A DNA stretch of 64,000 nt from Candidatus Methanoperedenaceae archaeon (lineage in GTDB: Archaea; Halobacteriota; Methanosarcinia; Methanosarcinales; Methanoperedenaceae), in NCBI GenBank assembly GCA_963753595.1, contig CAVWCX010000033.1, forward strand, positions 39,360 to 103,359, read 5' to 3'. The position numbers and the translations under genes are program-made. Below the pieces are notes generated by a model that saw only the letters and a program-made list of their open reading frames with translations, was not told where the DNA came from and did no database searches. Positions 1-11,902 of the stretch are shown here, in pieces (position 1 is the first letter of the stretch; the number at the start of each line of letters is the position of its first letter).

Positions 1-2
1 TC

Positions 3-331
3 CGGAAAGGGGACATAATCGTTGCGGGAAAGAATTTCGGATGCGGCTCATCCAGGGAACAGGCTCCCCTTGCCTTGAAACATGCCGGAATCGCATGCAT
101 CGTCGCAGAATCATTCGCCCGGATATTTTTCAGGAATGCAATCAATGTGGGACTGCCGATCATTGAAGCCAGGATCGATTGCAAAGAGGGGGATAATATC
201 GAGATCGACCTTGAGAACGGGATTGTAAAAATAATGAAAAAACATACCCTGCTACAAAACTTCCGGATTTCCTCCGGGAGATACTTGCTGATGGCGGGCT
301 TGTTGAACACCGGAAAAAGGTGAATCCTTGA
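3..331 (+). CDS. leuD: 3-isopropylmalate/homoaconitate dehydratase small subunit, 5'-truncated, one apparent frameshift near 230
   Basis: The frame from nt 3 reads [20 protein letters not shown]...[16 protein letters not shown]. After an A-rich run near 227-242 the typical C-terminus ([15 protein letters not shown]) continues in another frame to TGA at 329-331. Confidence 0.85.
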
Positions 332-1194
332 TATTTCCGGCGGATTATAAAAGCGTGGGCATGACCAGGACAGACCCAACAGGAAGGATCGGCGGCCCGA
401 TATATTTTACTACAGAATACCTGATCGCAGAACTTCCATCAGGGTATGAGATATATAAGGTAAAAAGCGAAGGGGAAGGGCTGTTAAGAAAACTTGTCTC
501 ACTTGAGTTGATAGCTAAAGGAAAACAGATAACGAAATTTAAAGAAAAACTTGATTCCCATGACAGGACAAGGCTTATCGAATCCGCTCTTACGTTATGC
601 AAAGGTGACATAAATACTGTTATTTTTGAAGGCATGGACAGGCATACGACATTTATCCAGGATCCAAGCCTGCATGAGGTAATGGAGATAGAGATAATTG
701 ATATTGCGCCCCCTGAGCCCCCATGGCTTGACTTTGCCATCCAGAGGCTGGTAAGAAGCGGTATACTGGGGGAATTGAATATTCGTTTTTCAACAAAACT
801 AATTGACCTTCGCCAGTTCGAAGGTGAAAAAGTGGTATTTCCATGCCATGCTTCGGAACTCAAAGGAAAATATCTTGATACGGATACCGACATAGAGGAT
901 AATTCCACACTCGTGGGATGCGACATTTCAAAGCAGATCTTTGAGCTTCGCTTTCCTGATCTGACATATAAGCATATCAACATGTGTCCGCTTAAGACAG
1001 AGCTTTACCTTCCAACCAGGCCTTTTATCACAAGATGCTGCCAGAGCAAGAAATCAGGAATGGTGAACCTCAATGGCATTGATGGGGCTGTTGTTCACTG
1101 GGGCGCATCCGAATACGATATCGTGGATGCGATCCGGATGCTGGTAAAAGTTTTGAAAGGAAATCTTGAAAATAATAAAATAGGTTTAAAATGA
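328..1194 (+). CDS. Conserved hypothetical Cys-containing protein between leuD and leuB
   Basis: 288-aa ORF overlapping both neighbours by 4 nt, with Cys motifs FPC, GC, CP and RCC. Confidence 0.75.
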   Translation: MIFPADYKSVGMTRTDPTGRIGGPIYFTTEYLIAELPSGYEIYKVKSEGEGLLRKLVSLELIAKGKQITKFKEKLDSHDRTRLIESALTLCKGDINTVIFEGMDRHTTFIQDPSLHEVMEIEIIDIAPPEPPWLDFAIQRLVRSGILGELNIRFSTKLIDLRQFEGEKVVFPCHASELKGKYLDTDTDIEDNSTLVGCDISKQIFELRFPDLTYKHINMCPLKTELYLPTRPFITRCCQSKKSGMVNLNGIDGAVVHWGASEYDIVDAIRMLVKVLKGNLENNKIGLK

Positions 1195-2168
1195 AGATCG
1201 CTGTAGTTCCCGGTGATGGTATCGGAAAGGAAGTCATGCCTGCGGCACTGTCAGTACTTGATGCATTTGGTCTTGAAATAGAGAAAGTGCCTCTTGAGAT
1301 CGGTTATGGCAAGTGGGAAAAAACAGGAAGCGCCATCACGGATGATGATATTGCGCTCATAAGGGAATGCGATTGCGTACTGTTCGGGCTATTACAACTC
1401 CTCCTGACCCCAATTATAAGAGTGTTCTTGTGCGACTTCGCAAAGAACTTGACCTTTATGCCAATATCCGCCCTTTTAAGCCGCTCAGGAATGTAAACCT
1501 GCCCTGCACAGGAAAATTTGATTTTGTCATTGTGAGGGAAAATACCGAAGGCATGTACTCAGGAGTCGAGGAATTGCATGAGGATGCGGCATACACCACG
1601 AGAATCGTTACAAGGAAAGGAAGCGAGAGGATCGCAAAGCGCTGCTCGCTTGCAAAAAAAAGAAAAGGACACCTGACGATCGTTCATAAAGCAAATGTAT
1701 TGAAATCCGACTCTTTTTTCCGTGATGTCTGTACCGGTGTTGCAAAGAAAAACAATGTATCATATAGTGAAATGCTTGTGGATGCCATGGCGTATGATAT
1801 GATACTGCATCCTGGAAAATACGATGTGATAGTGACCACGAATCTTTTCGGGGATATTCTCAGCGATGAAGCTGCGGCCATTACAGGCGGATTGGGTCTA
1901 TGCCCCAGTGCCAACATCGGGGATAAATATGCACTTTTCGAACCCATCCATGGGAGCGCCCCGGATATTGCAGGAAAAGGGATCGCTAACCCGATAGCTG
2001 CCATACTGAGCGTCAAGATGATGCTTGAATGGGCGGGAAAAACAGAAGAGGCAAAGGTCAATAGATAAAGCTGTTGACAGTGTTCTTACACAGCACATCA
2101 CCACGCCGGATCTTGGGGGCAGATATTCCACACGGGATGTGGGAGAAGCTATTGCCCGATTAGTTTAA
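1191..2168 (+). CDS. leuB: Isocitrate/isopropylmalate dehydrogenase family protein (LeuB/AksF-like), frameshifted
   Basis: Motifs PGDGIGKEV, RENTEG, HKANVL, NLFGDILSD, EPIHGSAPDIAG and C-terminal TPDLGG are spread over three frames, with shifts near 1388 and 2060. Confidence 0.85.
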
Positions 2169-2414
2169 GCTTTAAGTAAATCTTTTTTGGCGGGGATTCT
2201 AAGGCAGGATAATATAGATAGTATTATTACTTAAACGGGAAATTTACATTCGAATATAAGGGGAAATATGGTATGGAATATATTGTCAATTTACAATTAA
2301 AGGCAAGAAAGAAAATCATCGGGTTTATCGACCTGATGGTGCCCCCGTATCGCCAATTGAACCATGACAAGATGAGATTATATAATAAAGCCATGAAAGT
2401 TTTGTGCGGGAAAA

Positions 2415-5400
2415 ATGAAAGAAAAAACGAAAAAACAGCTGCTTGATGAACTTGAGGCTGTAAAAGAACGTCTGATCCGACTTGAAAACGCTGACATTGA
2501 ACGGCAGAAAGTAATTGAAGCCCTTAGTGAATCAGAGGCGAAATATCGTTTATTATTTGATGTGGCTCCTGTCGGGATAGGAATAGCTGACCTTAATGGA
2601 AAAATAATTGATGCCAATAAAAGCATGCAGGAGATGGGCGGCTATTCCCTTGAGGAGTACAGGGCAATTGGTGTTGGAGCCACCTATGCGGATCCTGAAG
2701 AACGAAAGCTTTTACTAAAATCCTTAAGAGAAAAAGGCAATGTGAGGGACTGGGAAAGCAGGTTAAAACGAAAAGATGGATCAGAATATTATGCACTGCT
2801 CAATGCAGATATTATGGAACTTGGGGGGCAAAGTTACTCCTTGCTATCATAAGGGATATTTCGCAAAGTAAACGAAATGAAGTGGCATTAAATGGTGCTC
2901 TTGCAAAAGCGCAGGAAGAAAAAAATAAATCCGAAGCTATCATTTCAGCATTAGGTGATGGTATAATTATCCAGGATACTGATTATAAAATAATATCCAG
3001 AACCAGGTCCAGAATGAAATATATGGGGACAAGACGGGTGAGCTTTGTTATAAAGCATACGAGGGGAGAGATCAGATATGCGAAGATTGCCCGGTTGAAA
3101 GAACCTTCAGGGATGGAAAGATCCACAGGTCGGAAAAACGAGTTGCCACAGATAAGGGAAATCTTTATTTTGAACTTACTTCATCGCCTTTAAGAGATTC
3201 TAACGGGAACATCATAGCAGGAATAAAGGTAGTCAGGGAAATAACAGCACAAAAGCGCCTGGAACATACCCTGCGCGAAAGCGAGGAGAAATATCGCCGG
3301 CTTATCGAGACATTGAAGGAAGGTATCTGGGTACTTGACAAAAATGCGAACACTACTTTTGTAAATCCAAGTATGGCACAGATGCTCGGGTTTACTGTCG
3401 ATGAGATGCTGGGAAAGCATTTGTTTTCATTTATGGATGAAAAGGGGATGGAAATTGCAACGCGCTACCTGGAAAGACGTCAGCAAGGAGTCAAAGAACA
3501 TCATGATTTTGAATTTATCCGAAAAGACGGAACAAGGATATATACAAGTTTAGAAACATCCCTCATTATTGATGAGAACGGAAAATATTCCGGAGCGGTT
3601 GCGGCAATAGCATACATCACCCAGCGAAAGCGTGATGAAAATGAAAAGAACCGGCTTCTTAAAGCTATAGCCAGCAGTACCGACGGCATTACCATATGCG
3701 ATGAAAAAGACAGGTATATCGATGTAAATGCAGCTATGCAAGAATATACGGCTATTCCAGGAAGATTTTATTGGGGAGACCTGGCGGAAAGTCACCCCTT
3801 CTGATTTAATACCTGGAGTTGAAAAAGGTTTAGAAGATACGTTGTATAATAAGGATACGTGGGGTATTCGAAGGAGAATTCCCGGGCTCAGGATAGATGG
3901 CAGGACAGTTCCTACGGAAGTCATGGCCACGAGTATCTGGGATGAGAACGGAAATTACAGTGGACATATATGTATCGTCGGGATATTACTGAGCGAAAAC
4001 GTGCGAAGGAAGCGCTTCGTGAGGGAGAACGATTCCTGGAAAGCATTTTTGCAAGTATCCAGGACGGGATCGGGATAATCGATAGGGATATGAACATTAT
4101 CGGTGTAAACAAGACCGCTGAAAGCTGGTATCCGCATGCTGTGCCGTTTATTGGAAAGAAATGCTATGAAGCATATCACAAAAGAAAAAAGCGATGTGAG
4201 AAATGTCCTGCATGGGAAACACTCAAAACCGGTAAATCAGCTTATAAGTAGTTCCCAAACACGGCCCCGAAGGAAAAGAAATAGGATGGATAGAAATATA
4301 CAGTTACCCTCTAAAAGATACAACAACTGGCAGATGAAAGGGGTAATAGAATATGTGCGGGACATCACCGAACGCAAGCGTATGGAGGAAAAACTAAAGC
4401 AATCCGAAGAGAAATACAGCCTTCTGGTTGAAGATATCCATGACGGAGTGTTTGTTATACAGGATGAAAAAATATCTTTGCTAACAGGGATTGCGGGATA
4501 CTTGGATATAGTATTGAAGAGATTATTGGATCTGATGTGTATAACTTTGATGACAGGGAAGATCTTGAAATGGTCAAGGATCGTTATTACAGGAGGCAGA
4601 AAGGGGAAAAGGTACCCAAAGAATACGAATTCAATGCCCTGCGCAAAAAGGGGGAAAGACTGTAGTCAATATGGATAAGGAGATTGTAACTTATGGTGTC
4701 AGGGTTGCCAGCATGGGCATACTCAGGGATATCACAGAAAAAGCGTCAGGAAGATTCGTTGAGACTTTTTTCAGAAACGGTTAAAAATGCACCCGATGGG
4801 GTCCAGATCGTAGACATGGATGGAAAGATAATTTATTCCAACAAGGCAGTGGAAAAAATATTTGGCTTTACAAATGACGAGCTGATAGGGAAAAATGTGG
4901 GGGAAATGAATGTTGATCCTGAAATTGCAGGAAAAGTAATATTACCGGGAATTTTAGAAACGGGCCGCTGGACCGGGGAACTAATAGTAAGACATAAAGA
5001 TGGGCATAAATTCCCGATATGGCTAAAAACATCCATTGTAAAAGATGAAACAGGCATTCCAATAGCCATGGTGGGTATTATCAGGGACATAACGGAGCGA
5101 AAGAAGGTGGAAAAGGCGCTGCTTGAAAGTGAGATCACGTTATCGGACCTTGTTTGAAACCGCCGCCGATGCCATTTTTATTCTGGAGGCTGAGGGAGAA
5201 AAGGGCGGATATGGAAGCAAATAGAACAGCAGCCAAAATGCATGGATATTCGATGAAGAGCTACTGGCAATGAAAATAGATGACCTTGACCCACGGAATC
5301 ATTCCGCGATTTCCGGGATTTTATAAACCGAATATTAAACGGTGAAACCATAAAAGCAGAATTGGACCATCGAAGGAAAGATGGAACTATTTTCCCGGTT

Positions 5401-6186
5401 GAGATCAGCGCAGGATTATTAGAACTTGGCGGTCATAAATATATCCTTGCTTTTGACAGGGACATCACAGAACGCAAAAATGCTGAAGAAGCCATAAGGA
5501 AATACAATCTGAAACTTGAAGAATCCAATCGCATGAAGGAGCTCTTCACAGATATAATGCATCATGACCTCTTGAATCCCCTGAATGTAGCAAACGGATA
5601 TGTTGAACTTTTCCTTGATGATGAAACTAATCCCCGGAAGAAATCATACCTGGAAACCATCAAACGAAATCTCGTCAAGGGAATGGAGCTAATTGATAAC
5701 GCCACGAAGTTTTCAAAACTTGAGAGTATGGATTATATTGAATTTGAGGATCTGGATTTGAAAATCGTAATCGGGGAGGCAATTGCAAATCTTATTCCTC
5801 TTGCCGTCAGTGCCGGAACGACTATTGAGAACAAACTTAAAGGCAGCATGCCGGCAAGGGCTAATAAAATAATCGAAGATATTTTCATAAACATTATTTC
5901 AAATGCAATAAAGTATGCCCCTGAGGGAAAAAGGATAGTCGTGGATGGTAAAGTCAGCGGAAAATCCTGGTCTATCAGGGTAAAAGATTTCGGGGCAGGA
6001 ATAAAAGATGCGCAAAAGACACTGATCTTTGAGAGATTCCACAGGGAAGAAAAGAAAGGTGTAAAAGGTTCAGGATTAGGTCTTGCAATAGCCGGGAAAA
6101 TCGTTGAACTTCATAAAGGAAGGATAATGGTTGAGGATAATCCTGAAGGTGGGGCTGTTTTTGTTGTGAAGATACCAAAATCATAG
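2415..6186 (+). CDS. Multi-PAS (about 8 PAS/PAC) sensor histidine kinase, fragmented by many frameshifts
   Basis: Successive fragments carry PAC ends (DITERK, RKDG). The intact C-terminal part has HisKA (HDLLNPL) and HATPase (NAIKY, DFGAGI, GSGLGL) motifs. Confidence 0.85.
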
Positions 6187-6232
6187 ATATATTTTATAAA
6201 GACTTATTTCATAAGAACTCATTATCACAGTC

Positions 6233-7150
6233 ATGCTTGCAGTTAAGGCCAAAGAGATATACAAATATTATAAAAGTCAGGATGGAAAAAAGGAAGTCCT
6301 GAAGAACGTTTCCATAGATATCAAAGAGGGGGAGATCTTTGGCATCCTTGGGCCGAACGGGGCTGGTAAAACCACGCTCATATCCATACTTTCAACGTTA
6401 TCGATACCGGATGCCGGAAAAGTGGAAATTTTCGGGATAGATGCATTAAAAGATCCCAACAGCGTAAAATGCATTGTGAATATCAGCAGCGGAAACCCAA
6501 ATTTCCCGTGGAGCCTCACGGTTTATGAAAATCTCAAATATTTTGCATTGCTCTATGGATTGGAAAACAGGGAACGATCCATAAATAATGCAATTGGCAT
6601 GCTCGAACTTGAGAAGTTCAGGAATACCCGGTTTGATTCGCTTTCAACAGGCACCAAGCAGCGTCTTTCCCTTGCAAAAGCTCTCCTTAATGAACCACGC
6701 CTCCTGTTCCTCGATGAACCTACGGTGGGTCTTGACCCTGATATGGCTATCAAGATACGCAAATTAATAAAAAAAATACATGACGAAAAAGGGATAACTA
6801 TTGTCCTGACTACCCATTATATGAAGGAGGCTGAACAGCTGTGCGAACGCATTGCTTTTATCAAGAATGGCGAGGTGATCGCAAATGCCGCACCTGGTGA
6901 GCTAAAGAGGCAAATGAAACTGGGCGAGACTATAACGATAGAGTACAAAGGGAAGTTTGATGATTCCCGGTTAAAGGATATTCCAGGGGTCCTGGATATC
7001 CTGTATGAGAACGGAAAAATAAAGATAGTGGCGGAGAATGTCGAATTTATTATAGATAATGTGATGAAGAAGTTCTGTGATGTTCATATCAAGAATATTG
7101 AGATTGCTCAACCAAATCTTGAGGATGTGTTCCTGAAACTTGCTCATTGA
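6233..7150 (+). CDS. ABC transporter ATP-binding protein (ABC-2/multidrug type)
   Basis: Walker A GPNGAGKTT, signature LSTG, Walker B LFLDEPT and TTH motif. Confidence 0.92.
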   Translation: MLAVKAKEIYKYYKSQDGKKEVLKNVSIDIKEGEIFGILGPNGAGKTTLISILSTLSIPDAGKVEIFGIDALKDPNSVKCIVNISSGNPNFPWSLTVYENLKYFALLYGLENRERSINNAIGMLELEKFRNTRFDSLSTGTKQRLSLAKALLNEPRLLFLDEPTVGLDPDMAIKIRKLIKKIHDEKGITIVLTTHYMKEAEQLCERIAFIKNGEVIANAAPGELKRQMKLGETITIEYKGKFDDSRLKDIPGVLDILYENGKIKIVAENVEFIIDNVMKKFCDVHIKNIEIAQPNLEDVFLKLAH

Positions 7151-7376
7151 ATAAATATATATCTTAACTTATCTTTATGATTTTCCATTATATCGTAAAG
7201 ATAACTTTATGATATTTAATAAATCGACGGTCAAAACGGAGATAATCGCTTTTTTTTCCTATATATAGTATGTGGGATATAGTTGGACTATATGGCAAAC
7301 ACATTAGAAAAATTAATTTGCGTAACAAAATCGAGATTGACATTATTAAAATTAAAAGCAACACGGAGATAAAATA

Positions 7377-7544
7377 ATGCCCCGCTATAATTCATTCCTG
7401 AATATCCCTGAGCGCCAGCCTTTAATTTTTTCTGCGGGATTTTACTGCAACCAATGCGGTGCAAAGATCAAAGTGTGCCGGGTTGCCAATTGCACATATA
7501 TAAATAAGTGCAAAACTGCAAGCGATGGGGAAAACCTGTTATAA
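7377..7544 (+). CDS. Possible 55-aa Cys-rich small protein
   Basis: Manually read ORF MPRYNSF...FYCNQCGAKIKVCRVANCTYINKCK..., preceded by GGAG. No family recognised. Confidence 0.25.
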   Translation: MPRYNSFLNIPERQPLIFSAGFYCNQCGAKIKVCRVANCTYINKCKTASDGENLL

Positions 7545-7646
7545 GTTATCCCATATTCAAAATCTACTGGACAGGGATCGTTATCATTTTAGGACTTTTA
7601 ATTTTCCAAATCATTTATTTAAATAAAAGACATTTTAGCCCCCATC

Positions 7647-8327
7647 ATGAAAAATCTTACTCAAAATCCCAAGCAGGCAACCGGAGAACAGGCGGCACAG
7701 CTTGTAAAAAACAATATGGTAGTGGGACTTGGCACGGGCTCCACAACTGCTTATGCGATAAAAGAACTGGGAAGGCGGGTCGCAGACGGCTTAAATATCC
7801 TTGGTGTTCCCACATCCTACCAGTCAGCATTTTTAGCCGCCGAGAATGGCATCCCGCTGACTACGCTTGATGAGCATCCTGTGCTGGATATTGATATTGA
7901 CGGCGCGGACCAGGTAGCGAATTTCATAGCGATAAAAGGCGGAGGTGCGGCGCATACGCGGGAAAAGATCGTTGCTGAATCCGCACAAAAGTTCGTTGTG
8001 GTCGTAGATGAATCAAAAATGGCTGAGGTATTAAGTCATCCGGTTCCCCTTGAAGTCATACCAAGTGCGCGTAAGCTTGTTGAGAAAAATGTGGCAAAAC
8101 TCGGCGGGAAAACAGAAGTGCGAATGGGCGTTAGTAAGGACGGGCCCGTCATCTCGGATAACGGGAATTTCATACTTGACGCTGATTTCGGACAAATCGA
8201 TGACCCTGTATCATTAAATAAAGAGCTTTCATATTGCACAGGCATCGTGGAACATGGTATATTCACCAATGTTGATGTAATATATATCGGTAAAAAAGAC
8301 GGGACTGTTGAAATAATAGAGGCTTAG
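7647..8327 (+). CDS. rpiA: Ribose-5-phosphate isomerase A
   Basis: [23 protein letters not shown] and SDNGNFILD motifs. Confidence 0.97.
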   Translation: MKNLTQNPKQATGEQAAQLVKNNMVVGLGTGSTTAYAIKELGRRVADGLNILGVPTSYQSAFLAAENGIPLTTLDEHPVLDIDIDGADQVANFIAIKGGGAAHTREKIVAESAQKFVVVVDESKMAEVLSHPVPLEVIPSARKLVEKNVAKLGGKTEVRMGVSKDGPVISDNGNFILDADFGQIDDPVSLNKELSYCTGIVEHGIFTNVDVIYIGKKDGTVEIIEA

Positions 8328-9499
8328 GAACCTTTTATATTATTCCCAAAATCCTCATTCCCAAGGTTCTCGTCTACTTTTGTTCCATTTTTTACCCTGA
8401 CTTCAGGCCATATCCTTACCATTGAATTTACTGTCACTTCATCCCCGATAATAACTCTTGGACCGATAACGGTACCAGTTTCGAGTATGCAGGAATCCTT
8501 TACCTTTGTGGAATTATCGATAATAGCGCTGGAAACCGCAGTATTTGCGCCGATCTCGACATTATTGAAGATATACGAAGACAAAACCCTTGAATTGTTC
8601 CCGATCCTGCAGTTTGAGCCTATCGATGTGTAAGGGCCTATCAGGACATTGTCACCAATAGTCGTGTTTTCCCCGATCACTATAGGGCCTACAATAGCCG
8701 AATTTGAACCCAGTGACACATCATGCCCTATTTCAATCGGCCCTGTTACTCTTGCATCCTTGATATTCAGGCGCCCTGAAATTTTTGTGCCGGGCATCTG
8801 TTCCAGCATCCATCTGCATGCTTCCCTGTAAGCCTGCGGATTCCCGATATCCGTCCACCTGCCGTGCACAAGGAAACCATTGATGTTCTCGCCTTTTTTC
8901 ATGATATCCGGGAAAAGGTCTTTTGCAAAATCATATTTCTTTTCAGGTATCCATTTCATTATTTCAGGATCGCAAACATAAATACCGGTACTTGCAAGAT
9001 TACTGAATATCTCTCCTGGCCCCGGCTTTTCAAAGAACCTGTTGATCCTGTTATTTACATCAAGATCGGCTATACCATAATCGCGCGGGTCATCGATCGG
9101 GAGAAGACCTATTGTAACAAGTGAATCATTTTTTTCATGGAAACGTACAAATTCACGAAGTTCAAGATCCATTACATGATCGCCTCCCACTACCATGAAA
9201 GGCTCGCCTTCAAACAACTCCTCTGCGTTCTTTACTCCGCCTGCTGTTCCCAGTTTTTCTTTTTCATGGACGTATTCGACATGCACGCCGTACATACTCC
9301 CATCGCCAAGCGCGGCTTCAATTTCCCCCCCGAGATAGCCAAGTGTAAGCACGATATCATTAAAACCCTCTATTGCCAGGTGTTCCACAAGATGAACCAG
9401 GGATGGTTTGTTCAACAGTGGGATCATCGGCTTTGGCCGGTCAAAAGTAAGCGGACGAAGTCTTGTTCCTTCGCCTCCGCACATTATACATGTTTTCAT
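8324..9499 (-). CDS. NDP-sugar pyrophosphorylase with left-handed beta-helix (mannose-1-phosphate guanylyltransferase-like)
   Basis: [20 protein letters not shown] and FFEKP motifs, plus C-terminal hexapeptide repeats. Confidence 0.92.
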   Translation of the reverse strand: MKTCIMCGGEGTRLRPLTFDRPKPMIPLLNKPSLVHLVEHLAIEGFNDIVLTLGYLGGEIEAALGDGSMYGVHVEYVHEKEKLGTAGGVKNAEELFEGEPFMVVGGDHVMDLELREFVRFHEKNDSLVTIGLLPIDDPRDYGIADLDVNNRINRFFEKPGPGEIFSNLASTGIYVCDPEIMKWIPEKKYDFAKDLFPDIMKKGENINGFLVHGRWTDIGNPQAYREACRWMLEQMPGTKISGRLNIKDARVTGPIEIGHDVSLGSNSAIVGPIVIGENTTIGDNVLIGPYTSIGSNCRIGNNSRVLSSYIFNNVEIGANTAVSSAIIDNSTKVKDSCILETGTVIGPRVIIGDEVTVNSMVRIWPEVRVKNGTKVDENLGNEDFGNNIKGS

Positions 9500-9655
9500 G
9501 AAAGCACCCGGCTAGCTATAGGCATTGGAGTTTATAAATATAACGAAAAAGTAAATGATGAAAAAACATGGCGTCAATAAAGCTTCTGTCTTTATATTAT
9601 TCTAATATCCTGCAACTTTTTACTGATTTTCCCTGAGCTGATTTAATTTAAACAC

Positions 9656-9848
9656 CGCAAAGTTCGCAAAGAACGCAAAGCATAGCTGCAATAATCTTTG
9701 CGAACGTTGCGTTCTGGTATAAAAAAAAAATTAACAACTAACTCTGACGAACTGAAACGAACTCACGCACCGGAGTTCGTTTGTGTTCGTTTTAGTTCGT
9801 TGTTTTTTCAGGTTCATTTATGAACCACAGTTGATGGCCGACTTTGCG
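9656..9848. repeat. Nested palindromic repeat element, copy A
   Basis: CGCAAAG x3 at 9-nt period with inverted CTTTGCG-like copies. An ~130-bp insert carries an ACGAACT/AGTTCGT palindrome. Homologous to 15261-15464. Confidence 0.85.
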
Positions 9849-9884
9849 ATGAGAACTTTATGATTCCATGGATGAAAAAAAAAA

Positions 9885-10454
9885 TTATTTGCAGCCGCAA
9901 CAAGAATTATTATTTCTCAATGAGCTGCATCCGGCGCTTCCATCTTTTTCCGGGTTCTCATTATTTAAGTGTTCCCTGACCACTGTTTCTGCTACTTCCC
10001 GCGCGTGTTCTTTGATTTCATCCTCAGGGAATTCATCTATTCCGAAAGCATCATTGTCAGTGTCGTAAAGCATATCGGCCTGGACTATTACAGGAATAAG
10101 ACCGGGCAGCACGCCTTTCATCATCCTTGAAGAGCAGGATATGAAACAACCCTCAATGGCAATTACTTTATCAGCACGCTTTACCAGGTTTCTCTGCCCC
10201 GTATCCTTCGTGAAGGCGCCGCCAAGACATATCCTGACAGTGTTTTCCCGCGCGAGCTTATGCGCGATCAGGTTTGCGGCTATTCTTGCTATCTCGCCCC
10301 TGGCGCATGCTCCCTCACATGCCATGACCGCTATCTTTGGCGGGTCTGTCGAGTGTTTTTGGGCATAATCCTCACATGCCGGGCAGGATTTTTCAACTTT
10401 TTCGATCTTTATTGTTTCATAATTCATGTTTTGCACTCTTATGGTTGAAACCAT
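9885..10454 (-). CDS. DGC-domain putative zinc-binding protein
   Basis: ACEGAC, RICLG and AIEGC..SC motifs, with a Cys-rich tail SCCGCK. Confidence 0.8.
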   Translation of the reverse strand: MVSTIRVQNMNYETIKIEKVEKSCPACEDYAQKHSTDPPKIAVMACEGACARGEIARIAANLIAHKLARENTVRICLGGAFTKDTGQRNLVKRADKVIAIEGCFISCSSRMMKGVLPGLIPVIVQADMLYDTDNDAFGIDEFPEDEIKEHAREVAETVVREHLNNENPEKDGSAGCSSLRNNNSCCGCK

Positions 10455-10798
10455 TTCCTGAGAATATATAGTATAAATCCGGATATCAAGATAAATTGAA
10501 ATTAGGACAGCGCTTCAATTTGTGTTGGGGGTTTGGTCAATGTGCAACATTCTTTTAATTATATATATACTATTATATATAAATATATAATAATGAGTTG
10601 AATTTGTAAAAGTGTAAAATAATGTAATATGTTATTTCCTGATATTATCCTTTTGACTAAGATTCGGATATATCCGATCACAAATTTGATTATGATTATT
10701 TTACCGAATACTCTCATAGAAGCTTTTTAATATTGAAAACACTATTATAATAAATCGAAAAAGTTATAATATGATATGCTTTTATAAGAGAAAATATT

Positions 10799-11737
10799 AT
10801 GGATTTTGATGAAGAAAGCAAGAATTTGAGAGAAACTTTCTGGATGATGTTTATCTTCGCACTTCTTATTAATTTAATTGCAGGGATAGTTATAAAAATT
10901 TTTGAAGCATTAACCCCTGAAACACTGAAAAGTGTTTGTGTTTTAATAGTATTAATGATGATATTATTAGTATTTACAATTGCAATTATATATTTAATTC
11001 TGAAAAAGAATATCGAAGACAAAGGCGATATTGTAGTGTGTCTCACCCATAATAAGAAAGATAACAATTTTGTTTCATTCAAAAATTATTTTCCATCTAC
11101 AGATCTACATCGAGAAATATTAATTCTGGTGAAAAACGATTTTAATTATAATTCAGATTTGATGGATCTAAAAAATAAATCTATTGATGAAATATTTCAG
11201 TACCTTATTTTATATTTGTTGAATAGAATGCATACTAGATGGGATTTAACATCAAAAATATACTCCTCTGAAAATATAAGAAATAATAAAAAGGCATTTG
11301 AATGTGTCAATCCATTCGATATAGATGGGTTTAAATCAAATAGCTTTGTAAAAGAAGATGAATGGTTGCATAATACAAAAATTTGTCTTTTCAAAAAAGT
11401 CAAAATCGAATTTGGAATTAGAAGTCTGGTTTTTCGTAACAAAGGAATAAAATTGAAAATAAGCTGGCACCCGGCTGCAACCAGCGACCTATTTTTTAAA
11501 ATACTCGATCCTAAATATTTTATGACCTATAAATTTATTGTCTCCTATAAATTAAATGTTTCTCCACAAGCCATATTACCTTTATCCATATCTTCTACTA
11601 CTCCAACATCTAAATTTTATAACTGGTGTAAGGAAGTTATAGAACGTGGAAAAAATGAACTTGATTGGAATTTATATACGGAAAAAATCCGAAGTGAGAG
11701 TATCTTACTGGAATATCCTATAGAAAGCCAAATATAA
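10799..11737 (+). CDS. Low-GC hypothetical protein with two N-terminal TM helices
   Basis: 312-aa ORF, strongly AT-rich, with two N-terminal hydrophobic segments. Confidence 0.7.
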   Translation: MDFDEESKNLRETFWMMFIFALLINLIAGIVIKIFEALTPETLKSVCVLIVLMMILLVFTIAIIYLILKKNIEDKGDIVVCLTHNKKDNNFVSFKNYFPSTDLHREILILVKNDFNYNSDLMDLKNKSIDEIFQYLILYLLNRMHTRWDLTSKIYSSENIRNNKKAFECVNPFDIDGFKSNSFVKEDEWLHNTKICLFKKVKIEFGIRSLVFRNKGIKLKISWHPAATSDLFFKILDPKYFMTYKFIVSYKLNVSPQAILPLSISSTTPTSKFYNWCKEVIERGKNELDWNLYTEKIRSESILLEYPIESQI

Positions 11738-11760
11738 AATGGAATAAGGAGGTATCTTTT

Positions 11761-11876
11761 GGAGACGTTGTTGAATTGTTCTTAGCTTAATAATAAACAA
11801 ACCTGACCAAGACATACGGATTTTTTGAAGACAATTTTAATTTTTGTTGGTAGTTTTGTCAAAGTGTAACACTTCT
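11761..11876 (+). repeat. Dispersed direct repeat separating low-GC cassette genes
   Basis: The left part matches 12721-12790 (AATTGTTCTTAGYTTAATAATAAACAAAC...GGATTTTTTGAA). The right part matches 10518-10553 (AATTT.TGTTGG...TTT.GTCAA.GTG.AACA). Confidence 0.75.
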
Positions 11877-11902
11877 TACTCTTATGAAAATATCTGAGAT
11901 AT

